Source: Thermoanaerobaculia bacterium (lineage in GTDB: Bacteria > Acidobacteriota > Thermoanaerobaculia > Multivoradales > UBA5704). Taken from it: a stretch of DNA of 53,856 nucleotides. The notes beneath the pieces are model-generated. The model worked only from the letters and a program-made list of their open reading frames with translations. It was not told where the DNA came from and ran no database searches. Below, in pieces: positions 28,913-38,067 of this stretch. Position 1 is the stretch's first letter, and each line of letters opens with the position of its first letter. The translations under genes and the position numbers were made by a program. The stretch is taken from the NCBI GenBank assembly GCA_044226625.1, contig JBGAGQ010000041.1, forward strand, positions 1 through 53,856. The letters are read 5' to 3'.

Positions 28913-29827
28913 TCAGTCTGGCACGTAGAAGCCTGAGAGCACGCCGCTCCAAGCCTGAAACCGCCTGCGTTTGCCAGTTCGCGCCGGCTCTCTCTCGCCC
29001 TTCCAGACCTCGGCGGGGCGTGAGACCCTGCAGGTTCTGGTGCGGCCTGACGTGGTTGTACCAGAGGCGAAAGAGGGGCAGGTCCGGCAACTCTTCGCAC
29101 GCGCTCGGTTTTGCGGCCCGCAGCTCGCGCAGGCATTGCTTGAAGGTGCCGAAGAAGCGTTCGATTCGCCCGTTCTGCCAGGGGGCATGGAGTACGGTCC
29201 GCTGGTGGCGGATGCCCAGCAGCCAAAGGGCCAGACCGAAGAGCTTCGACGTAAAGGTGGCCTCGTTGTCGGTTCGGAGCGTCGCTGGCCGACCGAAGCG
29301 ATCGATCAGGTCGAGTACCACGCGAAGCACGGCGACGGTGGTCTTGCGATCGAGCTCCTGAAGCGCAAGGCAGGCGCGAGTGCCGTGATCGATCACGCCG
29401 AGGAGGGGGCGTAGACCGCTCTTGGTTCCAACGTACGTGAGATCGAGCGCCCAGATGCAGTTCTTCCCGTAGCGCGCGGTCTTCGCTGCCGCAGGTTGCG
29501 GCGGGCTCGCATTACCTCCTCCTGACTGCTTCTGAGCAGGTTGGCGACGTAGCTCTTGCCGATGGTCATCCCCTTCGGCCCGGAGTACAGGCGGTTGAAG
29601 GTGCACGCGATCGTACGGCAGCCGGCCTTCGGAATCAGCGCCTTGAGCCGGATCACTTCCTTCCGGACCCAGGGCGGCTTGGGGCGGAAGCCCAGGTGCA
29701 CCCGGGCGGTCGGAGTGCTCGCTTGGCGTCGGCGCGTTAAGGCCAGGATGCTTTGGCGATGGCCGCGGAGAGCCAGTAGGGCCGCAAGTCCGACGAGCCC
29801 GAGGAGGCAGAAACACAGAGCCATCAT
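28913..29827 (-). pseudogene. DDE integrase-core (rve) protein, copy 1 (subtype alpha), two frameshifts
   Basis: Same 915-bp length as the intact copy at 33473-34387. One G is missing near 29468 and one extra G is present near 29016, so the protein is split across frames in the ORF track. Confidence 0.88.
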
Positions 29828-29878
29828 GGGCTGAAGGTACCGCAGGGGACGAGTTCTCGGCGCCGATCGCTGCGAGGG

Positions 29879-29962
29879 TTCTCGGACGGCTCGGACCCAC
29901 GTCAGGGCGGTTCGGATCGAGGTCTGGACGGCTCGGATTGGGGTCTGGACGACTCGGGCTCA
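29879..29962. repeat. Four imperfect 21-bp tandem units
   Basis: TTCTCGGACGGCTCGGACCCA / CGTCAGGGCGGTTCGGATCGA / GGTCTGGACGGCTCGGATTGG / GGTCTGGACGACTCGGGCTCA, lying between the integrase upstream end and the orphan Rhs cassette. Confidence 0.65.
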
Positions 29963-29966
29963 GACG

Positions 29967-32873
29967 TTCGCTTACGACGCGGCCCACAACGTCCGCGAGA
30001 TCCGTGACCCCAACGGCAACGTCGTCGTCCAAGAACACGACGGGGCCAACCGCCTCTTGGTGCGCACCATCACCCCCGCTCCGGGTGTCGTCGGTCCTAC
30101 GTCCGAGACGTACGCCTATGACGGCTTGAGCCGATTGACGTCGACAACCTCCGGTGGGCAGACGGCCGGCTTCGAGTACGACTCGCTCTCCCGCGTCGTA
30201 CGGGAAACCCAGAACGGTCGCGCGGTCGAGTCGACGTACGACGACGCGGGCAATCGTGCGGCGCTGCTCTATCCCTCGGGCCTGAAGGTCGGAACCCACT
30301 TCGACGAGCTGGATCGGCTTCGATCGGTGATGAGAATGGGTACCTCGGACACGCCGGTCGCGTCTTACGGTTATCGCGGGCAGGATCTCCTGGCGGAGCG
30401 AAATGTCGGCGGCCTCTCGGGCCGGATGGCGTTCGACGGCGCCCGGAGGCTCACCGCGACGACGTATCAAGACCTGGCCTCGGCGACGGCCTTCGGCGAG
30501 ACCCTGGGTTGGAACAAGCGCAATCAGCTCACGAGCCAGTCGCGTGCCGACCTGAACGACGCAGCGAAGCTCTACCAATACGACCCGGCCGGAAGGATCA
30601 CGGGAGCCCTTTCGTATCAAGGAGAGCTGCCCGCCGACCTGACGGGACTCGACGGCGAGCGTTTCCGTTACGACACCGCCGACAACCTGACCGAGCAGTC
30701 GAAGAAGGCGTTCGGGATCGACCAAGTGACGACGCTGCCCGTCGACCCCTCCGGTCGCAACCGTCCCGCTTCGATCCACGGCATTCCGCTCACCTGGGAC
30801 CCGAACGGCAACCTCACCCACAAGGGCGACCTGCACTTCGAGTACGACTACCGGAATCGCCTCTCTCGGGTGACCCGCAGCGGCCAGGAGGTCGCGACCT
30901 ACGGCTATGACGCCTTCAACCGTCGGGTCGAGAAGTCGGTCGATGGGAGCACCCAGCTCACCTCGTGGTCCGGCTGGCAGGCACTGGAGAAGTCCGAGAA
31001 CGGTGAGCCGACGGAACGGAGAATCTTCGGCAACGGCATCGACGAGCTGGTCCAGGTGGAGAAGGTCGAAGGGGGAGCGAGCCTGACCTACGCGCCGGTC
31101 TATGACGCGAAGGGAAACCTCGCCCTGCTGACCGACGCGAACGGCAAAATCGTCGAACGGGCCAATACCTCTACCTACGGCCAGACCACCTGGTCTGCGG
31201 ACTCGACGCCGCCGACGATCACGCAGTTGCGGCTCCGGAGCGGAACGCTGGAGCTCCGGACGAGCGAGGAGGTACGCCTGGCGGCACTCTCGACGGCGCT
31301 CACGAGCGGCAAAGCCACCCTCGTCGAGACGGGGACGAATCACCGAATCCAGGTACTTGCGACGCAGCCTTCAAGCGTCACCCGGACCCGTCTAGTGCTG
31401 ATGCCCTCGACCGCGATTGCGCCCGGAACCGAGCTGCGCCTGCGCCTGGAGCCGGAATCGATCGAGGATCTTTTCGGCCACTCGCTCGATGAGCCTTTCG
31501 AGCAGACGCTCACCTGGCAGCCCACCGCCGACACCGTCCTCGCGGACACGGCGCCGCCCGAGGTATCGCACGTCCTCCTGCGCGGAACGAGCGTGGAGGT
31601 CGGCTTCAATGAGCCGCTGGATGCCGCGGGTGTCGCCGCCGCGATCCTCGTGGACGGCCAAGCACAGACCTGGACCGTAGGAAGCGACGGCGAAATCTGG
31701 ACCGCCGCCAACCTGCCGGATAGCGACCATACCCTGACCATTGGCGCCTCGCCGCTCGATCTTTCGGGTAAGCCCCTCGCGGAGGCATTCGAAAAACTCT
31801 TCCGGATCGAGGCGAGCCACCTCGACCAGATCGTCTACCGGAAACCCGATTCCTCGGAGCTTCCGACGTCGGCGACCGGTGCCGTGCTTACCTTCCAGGG
31901 CTTGGAGCTCGATCCAGAGACGGGCCTGCTCTACGTCCGGAATCGGTACCTCGATCCGGAGTTGGGACGGTTTGTCACGGCGGACCCGCTGGGGTATCCG
32001 GATGGGCCGAGCGGGTATGGATTTGGGGCAGGGGATGCAGTGAATGGACGGGATCCGATGGGGCTTGCCAATGCAACTTCTGGTGTTTCGATTCCCAAAG
32101 CTAACCCAGCGGCTACCGAGGACGCCAAGCGGAGTCTTAAATTTCTGGGAAGGATGGCCTCCAGGGCAAATACACACCTCTTAAACATACCTGTCTACGT
32201 CGCGCGGATTCCGGGCGCAACCATGGCATCGCTCGGTAATTTGTCGAAACACGCGAGTTACTTTGCCGACTGCTTGATCGTGCACACTGAAGAGTGCGCG
32301 CGAGAATTACTGGGCGCGATTAGATCCACTCCGGATTACGTCGATTCCCAAACGAGGGCCTACCTCGACGCACCGGCTGAGGAGCATGCTGATGCGTGGA
32401 GCGATCAATTGACGCTGACGGCTCTTTTCGGGCTTTTGGGTTCTACAAGTGAAGTCGAAGCTACATACCTGGGGAACATGAGGGCTCCTCGATTACCATT
32501 GCCTGAACCTGAGGTTTCCCCTCTTCCCTCTGTTCCAAAGCCAGGGCAGGTCCCAAGAGCACTATCGAATGCGGAGGTTCGGGCCTGGTACAACGCTCGG
32601 GTTCGTACTGTCGATGTGTCCGGCGCCCTCACAAGGGAAACCGCGGAGCGAGTTTTTGCAGCGCGGAATGCACTTAAGGTCGAGGCTCGCGGTATGATGG
32701 GAGACAGGGCTGCAGCGGCTGAATTGGAACGCACGGATCCGATCCGGACATTCGAGTTCTACGTCCAGAAGTACTCGGGGCAAGGATACTCAGGAGAGTT
32801 ACTCTGGCAGCGGATCATTCAGGGAGGCAGAACACCAAATAAGGCCGTGAACGAGCGGTTCGGGGTAGACTGA
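29967..32873 (+). CDS. Orphan (start-less) Rhs core + toxin tip CT2
   Basis: 29967-32065 is a colinear near-identical copy of 25314-27412 (constant offset 4653). It diverges right after DPMGL into a different tip (..LSNAEVRAWYN..RNALKVEARGMMGDR..VNERFGVD). No signal peptide or ATG start. Confidence 0.92.
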   Translation, partial: FAYDAAHNVREIRDPNGNVVVQEHDGANRLLVRTITPAPGVVGPTSETYAYDGLSRLTSTTSGGQTAGFEYDSLSRVVRETQNGRAVESTYDDAGNRAALLYPSGLKVGTHFDELDRLRSVMRMGTSDTPVASYGYRGQDLLAERNVGGLSGRMAFDGARRLTATTYQDLASATAFGETLGWNKRNQLTSQSRADLNDAAKLYQYDPAGRITGALSYQGELPADLTGLDGERFRYDTADNLTEQSKKAFGIDQVTTLPVDPSGRNRPASIHGIPLTWDPNGNLTHKGDLHFEYDYRNRLSRVTRSGQEVATYGYDAFNRRVEKSVDGSTQLTSWSGWQALEKSENGEPTERRIFGNGIDELVQVEKVEGGASLTYAPVYDAKGNLALLTDANGKIVERANTSTYGQTTWSADSTPPTITQLRLRSGTLELRTSEEVRLAALSTALTSGKATLVETGTNHRIQVLATQPSSVTRTRLVLMPSTAIAPGTELRLRLEPESIEDLFGHSLDEPFEQTLTWQPTADTVLADTAPPEVSHVLLRGTSVEVGFNEPLDAAGVAAAILVDGQAQTWTVGSDGEIWTAANLPDSDHTLTIGASPLDLSGKPLAEAFEKLFRIEASHLDQIVYRKPDSSELPTSATGAVLTFQGLELDPETGLLYVRNRYLDPELGRFVTADPLGYPDGPSGYGFGAGDAVNGRDPMGLANATSGVSIPKANPAATEDAKRSLKFLGRMASRANTHLLNIPVYVARIPGATMASLGNLSKHASYFADCLIVHTEECARELLGAIRSTPDYVDSQTRAYLDAPAEEHADAWSDQLTLTALFGLLGSTSEVEATYLGNMRAPRLPLPEPEVSPLPSVPKPGQVPRALSNAEVRAWYNARVRTVDVSGALTRETAERVFAARNALKVEARGMMGDRAAAAELERTDPIRTFEFYVQKYSGQGYSGELLWQRIIQGGRTPNKAVNERFGVD

Positions 32874-33091
32874 TGACGACGATTCGATCGGTCAATGAGT
32901 TGACGAGAGCGACAGTCACCTGGAGGAGGGTGGCACCTGGCTGCTGGCTCACAACGGTCGCAGGGGAGGAGTGTTCGTTGGAGATGAATGATTTTCCAGA
33001 TGAGCCTATGTATACAGTCCGAGCTTTTGGGGAATCTGTTGACATCGAAGACGCCCCAGGCTCGTGGGCAATAGAGATGCCCCCACCGTGA
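32873..33091 (+). CDS. Putative immunity protein for CT2
   Basis: 72 aa; TGATG overlap with the CT2 stop; acidic MNDFPDEPMYT motif. Confidence 0.8.
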   Translation: MTTIRSVNELTRATVTWRRVAPGCWLTTVAGEECSLEMNDFPDEPMYTVRAFGESVDIEDAPGSWAIEMPPP

Positions 33092-33170
33092 ACTTGCAGT
33101 TATGTGCGCTGTCTCTCAAGATTTTCCAGCGAGATTCTTACCGCTGCGACTACAGTATGTTGATTCCCCG

Positions 33171-33436
33171 TTGTGCCGTTGTCCCGTCCACCTGTCCGCC
33201 GAGCTTCTCGGTGCCCCGCAGGCTGAGTTTTGGCGGCTTCCGCGCTCGTTCGGGTTGTGCCGTCCACCTGTCCGCCGAGCCTCCCGGCTGTTCCTGGGGG
33301 CCGATTTTGGTGGCTTGTCCGCTCGTTCGGGCTCCCTGAACGGCCCGCCTACCGACTCCACTTTCGGCTTTTCCCCCTCCTCAGCCCGTTCTACAGGCGC
33401 CTGAGCCATCCGGAAGCACAGCTCCTCCGTGGACGG
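33171..33436. repeat. Cassette-boundary repeat, copy 2 (A + B)
   Basis: Core at 33186 and 33262, preceded by tandem TTGTGCCG/TTGTCCCG. B is bounded by GCCGTCCAC/GTGGACGGC. Confidence 0.9.
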
Positions 33437-33472
33437 CCGATCTCCCTGTCTTCGTCTCTTCCCCTTCCCTCC

Positions 33473-34387
33473 TCAGTCCAGCACGTAAAAGCCTGAGAGC
33501 ACCCCGCTCCAAGCCTGAAACCGCCTGGGCTCGGCAGTCTGCGCCGGCTCGGTCTCGCCCTTCCAGGCCTCGGCGGGCGTGAGACCCTGCAGGTTCTGGT
33601 GCGGCCTGACGTGGTTGTACCAGAGGCGAAAGAGTCGGAGATCCGGTATCGCTTCGGCCTCGCTCGGCCTTGCGGCCCGCAGCTCTCGCAGGCATTGCTT
33701 GAAGGTACCGAAGAAGCGTTCGATCCGCCCGTTCTGCCAGGGGGCATGGAGTACGGTCCGTTGGTGCCGGATGCCCAGCAGCCATAGCGCCAAGCCGAAG
33801 AGCCTCGAGGTAAAGGTGGCCTCGTTGTCGGTCCGAAGGGTGGCCGGCCGACCGAAGCGATCGATCAGGTCGAGCAGGACGCGGAGCACTGCGACGGTGG
33901 TCTTGCGATCGAGCTCCTGAAGCGCGAGGCAGGCGCGAGTGCCGTGATCGATCACGCCGAGGAGGGGGCGTAGACCGCTCTTGGTTCCAACGTACGTGAG
34001 ATCGAGCGCCCAGATACGGTTCTTCCCGGTAGCCTGCGGTCTTCGCCGCCGCAGGTTGCGGCGAGCGCGCATCACCTCCTCCTGACTGCTTCTGAGCAGG
34101 TTGGCGACGTAGCTCTTGCCGATGGTCATCCCCTTCGGCCCGGAGTATAGGCGGTTGAAGGTGCACGCGATCGTGCGGCAGCCGGCCCTCGGAATGAGCG
34201 CCTTGAGCCGGATCACTTCCTTCCGGACCCAAGGCGGCTTGGGGCGGAAGCCCAGGTGCACCCGGGCGGTCGGAGTGCTCGCTTGGCGTCGGCGCGTTAA
34301 GACCAGGATGCTTTGGCGATGGCCGCGGAGAGCCAGTAGGGCCGCAAGTCCGACGAGCCCGAGGAGGCAGAAACACAGAGCCATCAT
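33473..34387 (-). mobile_element. Intact DDE integrase-core/transposase (304 aa, subtype beta) with N-terminal hydrophobic segment
   Basis: MMALCFCLLGLVGLAALLALRG...PKPPWVRKEVIRLKA...IWALDLT...LRTDNE..(35 aa)..NGRIERFFGTFK...WYNHVRPHQNLQGLTPAEAW. Canonical D-D(35)-E spacing counted by hand. The start is set by comparison with copy 1; the ORF-track extension to 34705 is antisense Rhs. Confidence 0.92.
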
Positions 34388-34444
34388 GGGCTGAAGGTAC
34401 CGCAGGGGACGAGTTCTCGGCGCCGATCGCTGCGAGGGTTTTCC

Positions 34445-36665
34445 ACGATCACCTCTGCTCCGGGTGTCGTCGGCCCTACGTCTGGGACGTACGCCTATGA
34501 CGGCTCGAGCCGATTGGCGTCGACGACCTCCGGTGGGCCGACGGCCGGCTTCGAGTACGACTCGCTCTCTCGCGTCGTGCGCGAAACTCAAAACGCTCGC
34601 GCTGTCTAGTCGACATACGACGACGCGGGTCGAGCGGAAGGCGGACGACCAAACCCAGACGACGGTCTGGAACGGCTGGCAGTCGATCGAAGAGTACGCG
34701 GGCAACGCCCTCGACGAGCAGAAAGTCTACGGCCTCGGTCTCGACGAGGTGGTCGAGCGGGCGAAAGCGGACGGGGCGGGCGGCTTCGATCGCTATGGGT
34801 TGCTCTATTCCTCGACGGGCGAGCCGGCGGTGCAGATCGCCGCGGACGGCCGCCCCGTCGAGCGGTATGAACACTCCACGCTCGGAGAACGGAAAGTCCT
34901 TGTCGACGTCGAGCGCCCGACCGTAGGCCAGGTGTCGGCGACGCCGAGCAGCATCCGGATCGAGCTGTCGGAGCAGGTTCGGGCGCCGGGTGAGACAACC
35001 GGTGCCTCCGGTTCGCTTCGCGCCCAAGGGCCCGATATCGCTCTTACCGACGCCGCGACTGGCGCCTCGATCGATGTGATCGCGAAGCTCGCCCCCGCGC
35101 CCGGCCCCGGCCTCGAGCGCCGCCGGTTGGAGATCGACGTGCCGAGCCCGCCGCCTGCTGGCACTCAGGTGAAGTTGAGCCTGGCACCGCAAGCGCTCGA
35201 GGACTTCTTCGCCAACCGCCCGGACGGCATGTCGGAGTGGACCTTCGCCTGGCCGGCATCGGGACTCTCGATCGTCGAGGACACGGCGCCGCCTGAGCTG
35301 GTGCGGGCGCTGCTCCGCGACGGCAAGATCGAGGCGACGTTCTCGAAGGCGGTCACGCCTGAGGGCTTGGGCGATGCCGTCAGCGTCGACGGTGCGTCGG
35401 TCGCCTGGACTGTTTCTGGGAACGGACTCGTCGCGACGACCTCGGCTGCGCTTTCGGGAGGAGCGCATCACGTCGAATTCGGCACGGCCCCGATCGACCT
35501 CGCGGGGAAAGGTTTGGCGACTCCGATCGCGGTCGACCTGACCGTTCCTTCGGCGCTCCTCCGCGCCCAGGCGGGGAACGTCCTCCTCGTCTTCGAGCCC
35601 CGCAATCCGCGGGAGTTGGACCAATCGCCGACCGGACAGCAGGCGAGCTTCCAAGGCCACCCGGTCGATCCGGAAACGGGCTTCGTCTACCTGCGGAACC
35701 GGTACTTCGATCCGGAGCTGGGACGCTTCATCACGGCGGACCCGATGGGGTACCCGGACGGCCCGAGCGACTACGCCTTCGGGGCTGGGGATGTGGTGAA
35801 TGGGCGGGATCCGATGGGGCTCGAAAGACCGCTTCCAAGGTCCATTCAGCCGATTCGTCCTGACGAATCGCTGAGCGAACAGATGATGGAGGACCAAGCT
35901 TGGAAGGCATTCTGGCGCTATCAGGACCGTCTCGAACGGATCGAGAACGCGATCGCTCGCGGCCTCCAAAGTGTTCCGAATACCGCCACTGAGGAGGAGT
36001 GGCGAGATGCCGTTCAGAGCGAGCTCGCGCGTGAGATCGGTCCAACCTACGCTGAGGCGGAAATGTGGAATCGCTTCGGTCCCGCAGGTCCCTGTGAGAC
36101 GAATCAAAGCAGGATCTTTAGGAATGTCGGCAACACGGCCGGTACAATTGCTCCCCACCTCTGGTTCGCGTTTCAGGTGGAGATGGCTGTTCTTCCTTTC
36201 GCCGATGCGGGTGCGGTCGGTGTCGAAGCCTCGTATCTGGAGGGCTTGAGGGCTCCTCGGGTGCCTCTGCCGGAACCGCAGATTCCTAGGCAATGGGGCA
36301 GCGGGTTTTCTGGCCCGGAAGAGTTGACGCAGAACCTCCCGAGGAGGATTGCAACAGTCGATCCCAGCACCGTAAGGTTTAGCCAGGACAGCATCGGCCG
36401 AACCTTCGGCGAGGGCGGGACGCTTCGCGAGGCGATCGAAGGACTGCGAGACGGTTCGATATCTCCGGAGGCTTTCCCTCCTATACGTGTCTTTGAGCGC
36501 AACGGCCTCAGGTTTACGCTTGACAACCGACGGTTGTTTGTTTTTCAACAGGCAGGCGTCCCGATACCTTCGGTTCAGGCAACCGTAGAGGAGATCGCGG
36601 CAGATGCATGGAAGTTCACAACACGTAACGAAGGCATTTCAATTCGCGTCAGAGGTGGACTATGA
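34445..36665 (+). CDS. Orphan chimeric Rhs core + toxin tip CT3 (ParB/Srx-like)
   Basis: 34445-34630 is a decayed copy of 25413-25598 (TAG at 34607). From ~34626 a divergent Rhs core reads open to DPETGFVYLRNRYFDPELGRF...DPMGL (35822). The tip has VRFSQDSI...PPIRV...FTLDNRRL. Confidence 0.88.
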
Positions 36666-36916
36666 AGCTTGTCGAACGTGCCCAGGAAGTTAGAACACGC
36701 GAGGATCTGGAGGTTTTCGTGCTCGAGCTAGGCGCAGACCTCCAGGCGAATCCGAGCGAATGGACGAACCCGAACCTGGGGTCATTTCTCGAAGCGATGG
36801 CAGCCTGGATCTCAGACATGGAAGCCTACTATCAGAACACCGGCCAGGAGTACTCGGATCTGTCACCGTGGAAAGTCGTTGCCGACATGTTGATGGCTGC
36901 GCGCATTTACGAGTAG
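36662..36916 (+). CDS. Putative immunity protein for CT3 (resembles DUF7660)
   Basis: ATGA overlap with the toxin stop; motif WxNxxLxxFLEAMAAWxxD...W..vAxxLxAAxIYE. Family name recalled, not searched. Confidence 0.8.
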   Translation: MKLVERAQEVRTREDLEVFVLELGADLQANPSEWTNPNLGSFLEAMAAWISDMEAYYQNTGQEYSDLSPWKVVADMLMAARIYE

Positions 36917-36921
36917 CTTGA

Positions 36922-37107
36922 GTTGTGCCGTCCACCTGTCCGCCGAGCCTCCCGGCTGTTCCTGGGAGCTGATTTTGGTGGCTTGTCCGCTCGTTCGGGC
37001 TCCCTGAACGGCCCGCCTGCCGACTCCACTTTCGGCTTTTCTCCCTCCTCAGCCCGTTCTACAGGTGCCCGAGGCACCCGGAAGCACACCTTCTCTGTGG
37101 ACGGTCG
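36922..37107. repeat. Cassette-boundary repeat, copy 3 (solo unit B, no integrase)
   Basis: Core at 36930, 13 bp after the immunity stop; similarity ends 3 bp past GTGGACGG. Confidence 0.9.
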
Positions 37108-37316
37108 GTGGCCTTGGGGGCAACTATCCAGAGCCACGACTGAGTCTCGCCGGAACGCAGGAACTAGAATTACTGGAGGTTGCAGTGGGAGATCAACGGG
37201 TCCAAGTCGAGGCGGAGACCTTTGTAGGGCTCACCATCTCTGGCCCCGTTGATCTTCTTGACAAGCTCCAGGGGATGCTCACAGATGGTACTCGTCGAGA
37301 GGCTCGGTTCAATTAG
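37108..37316 (+). pseudogene. 5'-truncated small gene, probably an orphan immunity gene
   Basis: Open frame ..AGTQELELLEVAVGDQRVQVEAETFVGLTISGPVDLLDKLQ..; the nominal ORF start lies inside the repeat. Confidence 0.5.
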
Positions 37317-37487
37317 TTGTCCCTGAGCAGGAAAATTACAGACTCTGGGACGTTTCCGGTGGGGACGTTGGTCGATACCGCTCGGGCGGACCGAATCCTC
37401 GTCCCGGTAGGAAACAATGGTCTGGCGGTCTATCAACTCGCACCCAATGGGACTGCGAAGCTGAAGACGATATTGACTGCGAGGTGA
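37317..37487 (+). pseudogene. 56-codon toxin C-terminal remnant (CT4)
   Basis: Hand translation LSLSRKITDSGTFPVGTLVDTARADRILVPVGNNGLAVYQLAPNGTAKLKTILTAR*; its TGA overlaps the next ATG. Too short for the ORF track. Confidence 0.6.
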
Positions 37488-37696
37488 TGGAAAGCAACGA
37501 GGAGTTCGAACTCAGAGTGAGCGAGGACGATCGAGGTGGCGCGTACCTCAGGTTGCCGGGACACCCGGGAACAGCACCCGGAGTCGTAAAGAGGAGCGTG
37601 AGCCTGCGAGAGCTAATACATGAGTACGTGGGGCCGGACGTCAACCTCGATTTCTGTGAAGGGGACAGACTCATCGGGATCGAAGTTGTTGGATAG
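37487..37696 (+). CDS. Putative immunity/antitoxin, DUF2283-like
   Basis: 69 aa from ATG 37487 with GAGG RBS; AYLRL...VNLDF...LIGIEV pattern typical of DUF2283. Confidence 0.75.
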   Translation: MESNEEFELRVSEDDRGGAYLRLPGHPGTAPGVVKRSVSLRELIHEYVGPDVNLDFCEGDRLIGIEVVG

Positions 37697-37737
37697 AGGG
37701 AGATTGGAGCGACTCTGTCTTGGCTCGCAGATCAAGT

Positions 37738-38031
37738 GGTGTCCCGTCCACCTGTCCGCCGAGGTTCCCCGGTGCCCCGCAGGCCGAGTTTTGGCGGCTT
37801 CCGCGCTCGTTCGGGTTATCTGAACGGCCCGTCTTCCAACTTTTCTCTTGTGTGCCGTCCGTCTGTCCGCCGAGCCTCCAGGCTGTTCCTGGGGACTGAT
37901 TTTGGTGGCTTCCGCGCTCGTTCGGGCTCCCTGAACGGCCCGCCTACCGACTCCACTGTCGGCTTTTCCCCCTCCTCAGCCCGTTCTACAGGAGCCCGAG
38001 GCATCCGGAAGCACACCTTCTCTGTGGACGG
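37738..38031. repeat. Cassette-boundary repeat, copy 4 (extended A + B)
   Basis: Core at 37746 and variant GTCCGTCTGTCCGCCGAG at 37857. Confidence 0.9.
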
Positions 38032-38067
38032 TCGAGTGCTTTGTCTTCGGCGCTCCACTTCCCTTCG

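Noticed and set aside
28568-28928. Small ORFs across the boundary repeats (also 33102-33496, 36907-37252, 37736-38083)
   Set aside because: Starts, stops and frames are not conserved between repeat copies, so the repeat is treated as non-coding.
28818-31343. 841-aa minus-strand ORF as an Rhs-integrase fusion
   Set aside because: Mostly the antisense of the Rhs cassette running by chance into the middle frame of the frameshifted integrase.
25314-32065. Diversity-generating retroelement (template/variable repeat pair)
   Set aside because: No reverse transcriptase in the window; differences between copies are mostly synonymous and not adenine-specific.
28624-37874. Repeated 18-mer as a CRISPR array
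   Set aside because: Spacing is irregular (75 bp to several kb), the sequence after each core is conserved rather than unique, and no cas genes are present.
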